A stretch of 48,843 bases of DNA, from positions 1 to 48,843 of the forward strand of contig VBAY01000106.1 in assembly GCA_005883085.1 (NCBI GenBank), read 5' to 3'. Every line of letters begins with the position of its first letter. The stretch's first letter is position 1. Below, piece by piece: positions 16,157-25,562 of this stretch. Source of the DNA: Candidatus Bathyarchaeota archaeon (lineage in GTDB: Archaea > Thermoproteota > Bathyarchaeia > 40CM-2-53-6). The position numbers and the translations under genes were made by a program. Under the pieces are notes generated by a model, which was given only the letters and a program-made list of their open reading frames with translations, was not told the DNA's origin and did no database searches.

Positions 16157-18460
16157 TTACTTGACTGAGGATGGATAGGTTACGTCACGGATGCTAGCTG
16201 AGTAGAGACCTATATGATTGGCCTGGAGAAAGATCGCGAAAGTGACCTGGTTGGGAACAGCCCATCCTTGAGCGAGCCAAGCTTGGCTCGGATTAATGGA
16301 AACAGTGGTCCAGGTAGAAGCAGTGATGGGAATTATGGCTGAAGCGTTGTAGGCTGAAGGTACAAATGTCGACTTCGCGGTTGCATTGGAGAAGAGGTAA
16401 GTGATTTCGTGAGCGCCGTCCGTCACTGTCACGCCGAGGATGGCCTGACTGCCCGTGCTTGTTGCTAAAGGATCGAACAAGGAGAGGTTCACCGTTGTAG
16501 CGTTGAGGAGAACCTTCTGAGAGAGCATTATCTTTTCGAGATTGACCGCTGGGGCAGAATAGTTGAGCAACAAGCTCATCCCTGCTGTCGGATTTTGGTC
16601 CAGTCGTTGAATTACTGAGGTGAACTGGTCTATGTTGGTCTTGATCAGCTTCCAACCAAACGGCACTTGCGTTCCCGCCCCGACATCCAGTGTCCACCAT
16701 CGGAAGTGGGGATTTGCCAGAGCTGGAACGGGAATGTTTGGTGTGAGACGGAGAGACTGACCTACAAGGTTTCCAGTGTTTGTGTCAAAGACGTAGACCC
16801 AGAAACTAGTCGATCGCGGGACGGCTCCCACGCCGTCTGTAGCAGTTACAATGTAGGAGGCACTAGACCATGGAGGAAGAGTATTGCTCGAGTTCGACGA
16901 CCACAGATATGGGAGATATAACCAATAGACAAAGAATGATGGAGTGATGAGTTGAGGGGTCTGATTGTCAAGTGTTAGGTTCAGGAGGGTTGCGGCTCCT
17001 ATTCCGTCAGGATCTGTTACTGAGTTTATCCGGACCTCGACCTTGTATGTCGGTGAGCTGGAAACATAGACTCCGTAGACACCGACAAATATCGTGGTAA
17101 GCAACAAACCTGCAAGTAACGGAACTCTTAGCCTGACGCGCAGCGAGTGCAAACCTAGAGCTATTGTCGGGCGCAAGGCAATGCGGCTGAACGGCGAAAA
17201 GTGCCATATCGATAAAGCAGGCTTGTTCCTGAAGAATTCTAGAGCCAGTGGAAGCGACCAGTAGAAGATGTAGTTTGGAAATGATCGGTAGTAGAAGAAC
17301 AAGATAAGGGCGGGAAAGATCCAAACGTAATACCTCGATTTCGAGTATCGCGTCGCGTAGAGATAGAGTGACCCCATGCCAACCAGCCCCATTAGGACGA
17401 CAAAGAAGAGAGGTGGAGGTGCTATCCCTAAGCGTAAGAGAATTCCAGAGAGCCCAATTCCCCCAGGGACTTCCACTGCTCCGCCGGGAAGGTAGGGGGC
17501 GATCGTCGCAATCCACCATTGGGACGGCGCGGACAATATGAAGGGAATGTTTGGGCCAAGAAAGCCAACTGCTAGAGCAACGGTTCCTGCAAGAGTATTT
17601 CTCAACCTTGAGCTAGGGGATTCTTGCCAAAGACGAATAATGAGGAATGGGGCCGCGATGAGGGCGATCTGCTTGGTGGCGCCAGCCAGCCCTACCATTG
17701 CTAGGCCGATGTTCCTGTTTCGATACCATAGGACAGTTCCCGCGAGCAGGAAGAACGCCCAAACGCTATCGGTCCAGCTTGAGGCGACGAATGCTGGAAA
17801 GAAGATGAAGGGAGCGAGGCTGAGTGCTTTCTGACGGGAAGGAACAAGTCCGAAAATCACAAGGACGGATAGAATGTGAAAGACGAATACGCCATCACGC
17901 AGATCGTGCAGTCCCACGGCATAGAGTGGAAGGAGCGAGAGGAAGTTCAAAGCGGGGTAGTTAAGATGAAACTCGAACGAGCCATCGACCCTAGGCGTGT
18001 AGAAGGACGGGGAAAAGCTAAACTGGTCGAGGAAGGGCTTAATGGAGTAGCCGTACGGGTTCTGAAGCGTTAGAATTTTCAAGACCCCCATGTACGAGCC
18101 GACGATGCTGTCGGTCATGTAGGTGACCCAGAGGATTCTGGTGAGGAGAATGTAAAGAACCAGGGCAGCGCAGAGGTGGCCTGAGAGCGAGAGTAGATTT
18201 GAACGGCTAAGCGACAACGTCTTCCTTCTTGAGTTTACAAGGTTGTATCCTCCAAAGAGGAAGATGGGAAGTGCTAGGACGACAAAGAGGCTTGGGACGA
18301 GAACGATCAGCAGCCCAACCGATACTAGAAAGGCGCCTGAGACGAATAGCCCTATTCTCGTGCCCCTTCTTGCCGCAGTGGACGTGTCCTGGTTCAGCCC
18401 TAGAAAATGTCCTGCACAAGTCACGAGAAGATCAGAAATACGACGGACGGGAATAATCAT
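16157..18460 (-). CDS. GT-C-fold polytopic membrane glycosyltransferase (DUF2029/GT87-like) with large C-terminal extracellular domain
   Basis: 767 aa. It has roughly 12 or more hydrophobic helices over the first ~470 aa. A loop motif GVLKILTLQNPYGYS…FHLNYPALNFLSLLPLYAVG resembles the D..Y…G..PY……YPP..…P signature of the polyprenyl-phosphate-sugar dependent GT87/DUF2029 family. The C-terminal ~300 aa is N/S/T-rich with many sequons. Confidence 0.55.
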   Translation of the reverse strand: MIIPVRRISDLLVTCAGHFLGLNQDTSTAARRGTRIGLFVSGAFLVSVGLLIVLVPSLFVVLALPIFLFGGYNLVNSRRKTLSLSRSNLLSLSGHLCAALVLYILLTRILWVTYMTDSIVGSYMGVLKILTLQNPYGYSIKPFLDQFSFSPSFYTPRVDGSFEFHLNYPALNFLSLLPLYAVGLHDLRDGVFVFHILSVLVIFGLVPSRQKALSLAPFIFFPAFVASSWTDSVWAFFLLAGTVLWYRNRNIGLAMVGLAGATKQIALIAAPFLIIRLWQESPSSRLRNTLAGTVALAVGFLGPNIPFILSAPSQWWIATIAPYLPGGAVEVPGGIGLSGILLRLGIAPPPLFFVVLMGLVGMGSLYLYATRYSKSRYYVWIFPALILFFYYRSFPNYIFYWSLPLALEFFRNKPALSIWHFSPFSRIALRPTIALGLHSLRVRLRVPLLAGLLLTTIFVGVYGVYVSSSPTYKVEVRINSVTDPDGIGAATLLNLTLDNQTPQLITPSFFVYWLYLPYLWSSNSSNTLPPWSSASYIVTATDGVGAVPRSTSFWVYVFDTNTGNLVGQSLRLTPNIPVPALANPHFRWWTLDVGAGTQVPFGWKLIKTNIDQFTSVIQRLDQNPTAGMSLLLNYSAPAVNLEKIMLSQKVLLNATTVNLSLFDPLATSTGSQAILGVTVTDGAHEITYLFSNATAKSTFVPSAYNASAIIPITASTWTTVSINPSQAWLAQGWAVPNQVTFAIFLQANHIGLYSASIRDVTYPSSVK

Positions 18461-18825
18461 CTGTCAAGCCCTAACTGTGTACGCTACTCAAGACTAACCC
18501 TTGGTGTCCCTCAACGTCCGTTTAAGAGTTGTGCGAAAAAGCAGAATCCCTCTCAGCTTTGCCCTGAAGATCTGCAATTTCTTGTGACCGAGCGACCAAA
18601 CCACCGCAGCCTCTATTTTATCCTGGTGTTCCACGTGCTGCCCAAGATTCCTGCCCAAAGAAAGATGGTATCTGCGAGGAAAGATCGCTACAAGACATCC
18701 GTCCCTCACATAGGCGGCTCAACGCTAGGTTCCTTGAGAACGCTATGAGCTGACAAGGAGCCAGAGGGTGGTTTTGAGAATGTGCTTTTTTAGGAGAATG
18801 AGTTCGCGATTGGAATGGTTATTCC

Positions 18826-19788
18826 ATGAAACGAATCTTAGTAACGGGTGGCCTAGGATTCATTGGGAGTAATCTTGTCGACCACCTCATTTCGACAGAC
18901 GAGGTCACGGTACTAGACGATCTGTCCTCCGGTCGGATTAGTAACGTCAGTCGACACTTGAAAAACCCGAAATTCAGATTCGTAAAGGGAAGTGTACTCA
19001 ACCCCGGAATGATCGATGAGGCTATTGGTGGAGCAAGTGCTGTCGTTCATCTAGCCGCAATCGTTAGCGTTGCCCTTTCAATAGAGAAGCCTCTCCTAGT
19101 TCATAGAGTAAATGTGGAAGGAACCTTGAACGTTCTCGAATCTTGCTTGAGACACTCGGTGGAAAGGTTTGTCTTCGCCTCCTCCGCGGCCGTCTACGGA
19201 AATGACCTGACTCCGCCCTTTAGAGAAGACTGCCGATCAAACCCCTCGAATTTATACGGAGCCACGAAGGAGGCTGGAGAAGCCTACGTCAAGGCCTACG
19301 CTGAAACCCACAATCTGAAAACGGTTATCTTGCGTCTTATGAATGTCTACGGACCCCGTAGATCCCCTGGACCGTACGCCGGAGTGATTACGAAGTTCGC
19401 GGAGGCTATCTCGCTTGGACAACCCTTGAATGTCTACGGGGATGGAGAACAGACAAGGGATTTCGTCCATGTGTCCGACGCTATCGAGGCAACGGCAAGC
19501 GCTTTGCACAAGGATCAGGCGATCGGCCATACTTTCAACATAGGAACTGGAAAGCCGACGACCATAAGCAAACTTGCTGAGATCTTCTCGCATCTAACGG
19601 AACCTGGATCTCACATCACTCATATGCCTGCACGGCGGGGGGAGGTTAGAGCCAGCTGGTCAAACATTGAGAAAGCTAAGAAAGTTCTCGAATACCAACC
19701 CAAGATATCTCTCGAAAATGGAATCAAGTCGTTCATGCAATGGTACAATAACGAATCCGAAAAACCCCTGAAAATCGATGTACAATGA
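18826..19788 (+). CDS. NAD-dependent nucleotide-sugar epimerase/dehydratase (extended SDR)
   Basis: 320 aa. ILVTGGLGFIGSNLV Rossmann motif, catalytic YGATKEAGE (YxxxK), and C-terminal substrate domain motifs (RLMNVYGPR, GDGEQTRDFVHVSD). Confidence 0.9.
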   Translation: MKRILVTGGLGFIGSNLVDHLISTDEVTVLDDLSSGRISNVSRHLKNPKFRFVKGSVLNPGMIDEAIGGASAVVHLAAIVSVALSIEKPLLVHRVNVEGTLNVLESCLRHSVERFVFASSAAVYGNDLTPPFREDCRSNPSNLYGATKEAGEAYVKAYAETHNLKTVILRLMNVYGPRRSPGPYAGVITKFAEAISLGQPLNVYGDGEQTRDFVHVSDAIEATASALHKDQAIGHTFNIGTGKPTTISKLAEIFSHLTEPGSHITHMPARRGEVRASWSNIEKAKKVLEYQPKISLENGIKSFMQWYNNESEKPLKIDVQ

Positions 19789-19881
19789 AGGACGAGCCTG
19801 GATCTATCGGCCAAGGGAATCTCTCTGCGTGTTTTGAGGGTCCGTCTCCAATTGAAATGTCGAAACGGGAAAGCTTGAGCC

Positions 19882-20565
19882 GTGTTTCTCCTCGGACACA
19901 GCTGCTGGAGCTATGTCTTCTCGAAGCTTACGGGCAGACAGGTCAAAGTCTACATCCCCGCTTACGTAGCGTTGCTGGCGGGTGTTCTCCCGGACTTTGA
20001 TATTTACTTCAATCTGCTGATTCAACATCATACCTACACTCACTCGTTGATTATTCTTCTACCTATATGCGCGGTTCTCATCATTAGATTCAAGGGTCTC
20101 GGACTGGCATTCTCAGCGGGGATTCTCTCCCACCTCTTAGCGGACTCGATAGTTGGAACGATTCCCCCTCTTTACCCCCTATCAAATTTCCAACTCGGAG
20201 TAAGCTTAGGGCTACCGAGTCCGGCGGACACCGTTCTCGAAGTCGGAGCCTTAGGACTCGTTCTAGTCCTATCGTATCTCAACGGAGACTACAAGCTTGT
20301 GACGGAGTCCCAAGGAGAATCTGTCTATCTGGTGATCCCCACGGTTTCGATCATTGCATTGACCCTTCTGTTTGCCGGTGACAACAACGTTTCGCTCACA
20401 GCCTTCGCTTTTTCAAGAAAAGCCCTGACACTGGTAACCTTAGGCCATGCAGTGTTGCTCGGGATTCTTGGTTTAGGTGTCGTTCAAGGGGTTAGGGCCA
20501 TCATAGTCGATCGCAAGCAACCGAGCCCAGCCTCAAGTCCCCTAGCTCGGATGCCTCAACCGTAA
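19882..20565 (+). CDS. membrane-bound metal-dependent hydrolase family protein (DUF457/YdjM-like)
   Basis: 227 aa with a GTG start. GH…LPDFD…HHTYTHSLI…SHLLADS histidine/aspartate pattern embedded in about 5-6 TM helices. Confidence 0.6.
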   Translation: MFLLGHSCWSYVFSKLTGRQVKVYIPAYVALLAGVLPDFDIYFNLLIQHHTYTHSLIILLPICAVLIIRFKGLGLAFSAGILSHLLADSIVGTIPPLYPLSNFQLGVSLGLPSPADTVLEVGALGLVLVLSYLNGDYKLVTESQGESVYLVIPTVSIIALTLLFAGDNNVSLTAFAFSRKALTLVTLGHAVLLGILGLGVVQGVRAIIVDRKQPSPASSPLARMPQP

Positions 20566-20619
20566 GGGCCTCCTCTGCCGGTAACACCTCGCCTTAATCC
20601 CGGCGCCTAACGGATTCTC

Positions 20620-21134
20620 ATGAGACTATTCCGGAGGTCTCAAAAATAGGCTACCTGACCTGGTGGAACTTCCCGAAGAAGGCTTGGCTCATCATCATCG
20701 CAGAGCTAGCCGTAATCACGTCCCTATCGTTCTCGCTTTACGTAACCTATCTGAGCAATATCTACTTCCAGACATACGTAAACAGCCTTTCCCCGATACT
20801 GGTTCCGACTCTTAGCGTCGCCTTCGGAGTCTCTTCAGCATCAGTAGCCACGTATCTCTATCTGGGAATGAGAAGGATCAGGGGACCGCTAGAGAACGAT
20901 GCATTCTCGACTTCGGTGAAAAAGAAGACCTCTGTTAAGCGAACTCCCAAACGAGTTTCTCAAACGAACCCCGTGCCACCACTAGCTGGAGACACAGTAT
21001 CGTCAGCCCCTCCGAAGCCCAAGCCGGGCATTTCCGCTCAAAATCACGCCCAGAGCCAAAAGCCTCAAGCAAGAAAGGGGGAAGAAATACCCCCGGGCCC
21101 TGAGCCGCGCAAACCAGCCAAGTCTCCGAGCTAA
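20620..21134 (+). pseudogene. two-TM membrane protein, paralogue family member P3, with start separated from body by a 1-nt frame break in an A5 run
   Basis: The body frame is open from 20598 with no ATG/GTG/TTG before 20868, yet it encodes TM1 AWLIIIAELAVITSLSFSLYV, the motif TYLSNIYFQTYVNS and TM2. ATG 20620 (MRLFRRSQK) is one frame off. A sixth A in AAAAA 20642-20646 would join them. The tail is P/K-rich. Confidence 0.6.
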
Positions 21135-21149
21135 GCAAGTACCAAACCA

Positions 21150-21252
21150 TCACGCCTACTTCAAGTCCCTCGCCCACTAGCCTGTCCGATATGTGACTCC
21201 CTATGAAACCAGCTACCCCGGTAACCAGAACGCTAGAGAAAGGGATGTTCAT
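21150..21252 (-). pseudogene. N-terminal remnant of an SDR nucleotide-sugar epimerase
   Basis: ORF 20935-21252 starts MNIPFSSVLVTGVAGFIGSHISDRLVGEGLEV, a Rossmann GxxGxxG N-terminus. After about 32 aa it degenerates into non-protein-like sequence and overlaps the convergent P3 gene. Confidence 0.55.
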
Positions 21253-21355
21253 ATGGGAAATCAGCCGTCAAAGATGATCAAGCCCTGACCTGTGCCTTAT
21301 TGATCAACAGCCGTTTGGGCGGACTTAGCGTAGTCTTAGGGGACGCGTGCCTTGC

Positions 21356-22357
21356 CTAGGAGCGCCCTATGTCGATACTCATCTGTTCAAGCGTTGGGAC
21401 ATCGGTTGGGAGTACGACTGACCTGGTAGCAAGCCGTATTGCCTGTTCACTGGTGTACCTGGGGTTCCAGCCGGTTGTCTTAATTCGCGTAATATCAAGA
21501 AGCATATTCTTGACATCCCCTACCCAACCTCTACCATCCAGCGCGCCTAGAACGAATTCCAGGGAGACATCGTTGAGTCGCATTTCTTCGGATACTATCA
21601 TAGCGACACGTTTAACGTCTATTAGGTCTTCTGAACCTACATTGAATATCTCTACATCGTCTTGTGAGGATCGGCAGGCGCGTATCAGGGCGTCCACGCA
21701 ATCATCTACGTATAGGTACGACTTGGCTTGAGTTCCGTCCCCTAGGACCTCCAACTGCCTAGGATTTTGTCTAAGCTTTGATACGAAATCATGAACCACC
21801 CCGTGATTACTTTTCGGACCCACCACATTTGCAAGTCTGAGTATTATGCCTCTTTTACCGAAAGCACGGCAATACGAAGTCACCAAGACTTCTCCCGCGA
21901 GTTTCGAAGCACCATAGACTGAAATCGGTTCAAGAGGTGCATAGTACTCCGGCGTTGGAAGGACACTTGCCTCTCCGTAAATTGCAGACGTAGAGGTGAA
22001 GATAATAGTATGAGCACTGCTAGATCGCAGGGCCTCAAGGAGGATGTGGGTTGCATAGACGTTCTGACGAAAACAGTTTGCAGGACTGTTGAACTCAATG
22101 CGGACCTCAGGATTTGCTGCTAGGTGAAAGACCACCTCAACGCCTTCCAGGGCCTTCCTCACATCCTCCGATTTGGTACAATCTCCCACCAGAAGTTCGG
22201 CATGATTGGATCGTGCACTGTTCAAAGTCTCTAACAAGTTCTCCCTGAACCCCGCGCTGAAGTCATCGAGAACAATTACGTCCCACCCGTTCTCTACAAG
22301 AGCGCGACACAGGTTTGAACCGATGAATCCGGCACCACCAGTAACGAGGGCTTTCAT
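21356..22357 (-). CDS. NAD-dependent nucleotide-sugar epimerase/dehydratase (extended SDR)
   Basis: 333 aa. MKALVTGGAGFIGSNL, FTSTSAIYG, YGASKLAGE (YxxxK), RLANVVGP. Confidence 0.9.
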   Translation of the reverse strand: MKALVTGGAGFIGSNLCRALVENGWDVIVLDDFSAGFRENLLETLNSARSNHAELLVGDCTKSEDVRKALEGVEVVFHLAANPEVRIEFNSPANCFRQNVYATHILLEALRSSSAHTIIFTSTSAIYGEASVLPTPEYYAPLEPISVYGASKLAGEVLVTSYCRAFGKRGIILRLANVVGPKSNHGVVHDFVSKLRQNPRQLEVLGDGTQAKSYLYVDDCVDALIRACRSSQDDVEIFNVGSEDLIDVKRVAMIVSEEMRLNDVSLEFVLGALDGRGWVGDVKNMLLDITRIKTTGWNPRYTSEQAIRLATRSVVLPTDVPTLEQMSIDIGRS

Positions 22358-22527
22358 CTCTAGAGGTCCTCGAAACCCAGTTTTGTTGGCAAAGCCCTTT
22401 CACGATCATGAGACAACACTACAAAGGTGGATAAAAGTTTCATTCGCCTCTGAACAAACTGGAATCAAGATCCGCTCGCGGTAGGCCGAAGGCCAAGGTT
22501 TGCTTTCTCCAGGCCTGCGGGGGCTGG

Positions 22528-23619
22528 CTAGGCGCGCTGATATGTCAGCAGTGAGTGTACAATTCTTCGGCCCGCTCTACCGTCTCCAAAGGGAGACTTC
22601 CCCCCCGGAACTCTGTTCTGCCGAATAGCGTAGCGTATTCCCCGAAGTATTGAATCCCTCTGGACGCCCACTACCTTCGCGAATCCAAATCTTACTGCTT
22701 CTGGCCTTTCCGTTGACACTCTGAGAACGAGCACGGGTTTTCGTATTGGGGGAGCCGTTGCCTCTTCTTGAATCCCCCCGGAGTCGGTTATAGCTAGACT
22801 GCAGTTCTTCAGTAGAACTAAGAAATCGAAGTAGCCTAGGGGGGGAAGTAACTGGACATTCTTGGATTTCTCGAGCCTGGTCCTTAAGGCGAATCTCTTG
22901 AGCATCTTGTCAGTTCTCGGATGGACGGTGAAGACTACAGGTAGAGGCGAATTAATCATTGCCTCTACAAGATTGGCAAGAACAGCGGCATCGTCCACGT
23001 TCTCTGCCCTGTGAGCGGTGGCCAACACATACTTCTCGAATCTGATCCTATTCCTGATTTTAGATTGCTTGACGGCGAGCGGCGTGTTCCTTATAGCGGC
23101 GTCAATTATGGTATTTCCCGTAACATGAATATTTCCATGGACTCTTTCTCTCAATAGATTCTGCCGCGAAGGTTCCGTCGGCGCGAAGAGAATATCCGCA
23201 AGGTGGTCTACCATAATTCGATTGTGCTCTTCCGGCATCCTCCAGTCAAAACTTCTCAGGCCCGCTTCTACATGGCCTACGGTAAGTGACAGCTTTCTCC
23301 CAACAATTGCACTCGCAGCTACAGTGTTAGTGTCCCCCTCTACCAGTAACAGGGGGTCCCGTTCACCCTCAACAATTTTTTTCAGACCGACCATCATCTC
23401 CCCCATTTGTTCAACAGGATCTCTCTTAACCAGATGTATGCTGTAGTCTGGTGGCGGAAGACCCATCTCGTCGATGAAACGCGTGCAAAGCCCATAGTCA
23501 TAGTGCTGCCCGGTCGTGACAAAGAGGAAGTCCAGTCCCTGGCGCTTGGCTTCCTCAATAACGGGGGCCTGCTTGATTATCTCGGGCCTAGTGCCCACTA
23601 TGATCAGAACCTTTGCCAA
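22528..23619 (-). CDS. wecB: UDP-N-acetylglucosamine 2-epimerase (non-hydrolysing)
   Basis: 363 aa. VLIIVGTRPEIIK, TGQHYDY, LVEGDTNTV, GHVEAGLRSFD, MPEEHNR and TDSGGIQEE are all hallmark WecB/MnaA motifs. Confidence 0.9.
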   Translation of the reverse strand: MAKVLIIVGTRPEIIKQAPVIEEAKRQGLDFLFVTTGQHYDYGLCTRFIDEMGLPPPDYSIHLVKRDPVEQMGEMMVGLKKIVEGERDPLLLVEGDTNTVAASAIVGRKLSLTVGHVEAGLRSFDWRMPEEHNRIMVDHLADILFAPTEPSRQNLLRERVHGNIHVTGNTIIDAAIRNTPLAVKQSKIRNRIRFEKYVLATAHRAENVDDAAVLANLVEAMINSPLPVVFTVHPRTDKMLKRFALRTRLEKSKNVQLLPPLGYFDFLVLLKNCSLAITDSGGIQEEATAPPIRKPVLVLRVSTERPEAVRFGFAKVVGVQRDSILRGIRYAIRQNRVPGGKSPFGDGRAGRRIVHSLLTYQRA

Positions 23620-23762
23620 TGTTAGCCGAAACCGGATTGTGGTGAGCCGTGAGGTCGCGGTGACCCTAGGCTCGGTAGGGTTGTTGGGACGTCACGTTCT
23701 GGTCTCCTTGCATAGGGGCTGCGCCTCACTGGAATTCGAGGCAATTCATCTCCAACTAGCAA

Positions 23763-24557
23763 CTAGGGACCCACGACTGCACACGTTTCCATTTCGCTTT
23801 CTCCTAATGGGTTTGTATTCGCTTGTGTCGTATCATAGACAAGAACACAACTGTAGAAACAGTCTCCGCGATCATAAACCCGCTTCAGGATCCGATGAGC
23901 CAGCCCCATGATTGGGACGAAGGGAGGAATAGATTGAATGGCCATTACGAAGTACCAGGTATGGCAATTCTGAGTCCGAATGATGGACGCGCCCGGAAAA
24001 ACCGACGTCAGTTCGTCTAATGTGGGATGCCCGGAACTAACATGTTCAGTCAGTTCTTGCGTGGAATATGCTCTCACTTTTTTCCTGAGCTTAAGTAACA
24101 TGGTATCGTATTGGCGTGCCAGAAACAGGGGAGGACTCTCTACTGGTGTATGCAAGACGACCAAACGTCTTGTAACTCGCTTCATCTCGTTCAGAGCCAG
24201 TTGTCGACCCGATGCAGGGATGTGTTCGATCATATCGACACTTACAACCGTTTCGAAAATACTGTTGGCAAAGGGCAGGAATCTGGCATCTGCCAAAACC
24301 CGGTTGGTTGTACCGCGGCGACCGTAACGAGTTCTATCAACAGAGATCACTCTCCGCTTCTCTCTGGAGAGCAACACCAATCCAGACGTACCTGAACCCA
24401 GCTCCAGGACGAGCCCCCGACAGGATATGTAACAAGCCAACTTGCTGTATCTGTGTTTGGTGTCCGCTCCTAGAAGAAGGGACTCTAATGAAGGCGGGAG
24501 ATTTTTTTGGAGAAACCTCTTTGTTGATAGATGAACGATTGACATGGGGTTTCTCAC
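23763..24557 (-). CDS. class I SAM-dependent methyltransferase
   Basis: 264 aa. Motif I VLELGSGTSG, post-I VISVD, and motif II/III FANSIFETVVSVDMIEHI. Confidence 0.8.
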   Translation of the reverse strand: MRNPMSIVHLSTKRFLQKNLPPSLESLLLGADTKHRYSKLACYISCRGLVLELGSGTSGLVLLSREKRRVISVDRTRYGRRGTTNRVLADARFLPFANSIFETVVSVDMIEHIPASGRQLALNEMKRVTRRLVVLHTPVESPPLFLARQYDTMLLKLRKKVRAYSTQELTEHVSSGHPTLDELTSVFPGASIIRTQNCHTWYFVMAIQSIPPFVPIMGLAHRILKRVYDRGDCFYSCVLVYDTTQANTNPLGESEMETCAVVGP

Positions 24558-24609
24558 TGTCTCAACTCATTCCGGACCAGTCATCACTTCGGAAGCATCG
24601 GCTGCAGCA

Positions 24610-25554
24610 CTAGGTCTGAGGAGTTACTTTCAGGTAGTCAACACTGAGGATAAAAGGGACAGTAGGGTCGGAGTTTCCTATGGTAATTTGGTGAAGACCT
24701 CCCCCAACCGAGGGCATTGTGACATTCAACACGATTGGGCCTAATGTATTGTAGGAGTGAGTCAATAGGAGGGTGCCATCCAGCCAAATTCCGAGGGGGG
24801 AATAGTTTGAGGGATTATAGTCCATCAAGTGGACTGAAAGCGCATAGTTCTTGTTTCCATCTAGAAAGACCTTGTAGGTGGCATTGAAATTCTTCCCAGC
24901 TGGGAAGTTGGTGTCGAGAGAAGCTGGAAACTTTGCCCACGTAAAATTCGTCGTCCACCACGGACCGGAGATACTGGCGAAATCAGAGCTTGTGGCAAGG
25001 GTCCAGGTCGACAACGAATTGCAATCGATGGAGTGCGGAGGAATGATGTAGAGAGTATTTGATACGCGAAACTGCTGTATGAATTGTTCTGAAAGTATCC
25101 TGTTGTAAAATCTTGGAGCATCTATTACAATGGGATGAGAAAAAACATTGCAGCGATCGGTGCCGATCCCCTTGGATAGTTCTTCGAAGAACTGCTCTGC
25201 ATGAGGGGCTGAGATTGAGTACAAGCCTATTGCTGGATTGACAGGCGCCGGATCAACCATGTACATCAGGAACTGAAGTTTCCCGTAGTATGCGTATGTT
25301 TGGCCAACAGATTTTCCGACATATGATCGGATAATCGGTGAGTATAATGTGGCGTACTCGCCATAAAAGACCATTATTGGCTGCGAAAGGTGGTCTTGGG
25401 TCAGAATATTCACTATCTGCTGGATATCGTTATAGTCGTCCGCGCTAATGTACGGCGAGAGATACTGTTGGTATAGAGGTTGCGATTCGATTGCATATCC
25501 TATTGTTAATAGGACCGCAACGGCGACAAAGAGAATCTTTCTGTCGTTCCACAT
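24610..25554 (-). CDS. N-terminally anchored extracellular protein of unknown function
   Basis: ORF 24610-25740 overlaps the upstream gene by 178 nt. The internal ATG 25554 (MWNDRKILFVAVAVLLTIGYAI, a signal anchor) lies 8 nt after the upstream stop, giving 314 aa. The C-terminal part is jelly-roll-like (…YALSVHLMDYNP…LSVDYLKVTP). Confidence 0.65.
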   Translation of the reverse strand: MWNDRKILFVAVAVLLTIGYAIESQPLYQQYLSPYISADDYNDIQQIVNILTQDHLSQPIMVFYGEYATLYSPIIRSYVGKSVGQTYAYYGKLQFLMYMVDPAPVNPAIGLYSISAPHAEQFFEELSKGIGTDRCNVFSHPIVIDAPRFYNRILSEQFIQQFRVSNTLYIIPPHSIDCNSLSTWTLATSSDFASISGPWWTTNFTWAKFPASLDTNFPAGKNFNATYKVFLDGNKNYALSVHLMDYNPSNYSPLGIWLDGTLLLTHSYNTLGPIVLNVTMPSVGGGLHQITIGNSDPTVPFILSVDYLKVTPQT

Positions 25555-25562
25555 ATTGCCTT

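Noticed and set aside
16157-18460. The 767-aa polytopic protein as oligosaccharyltransferase AglB/STT3
   Set aside because: The only WW-containing segment is HFRWWTLDVG, which does not match WWDYG, and no DK/MI-type motif is evident. The first-loop and YPxL motifs fit DUF2029/GT87-type GT-C enzymes better.
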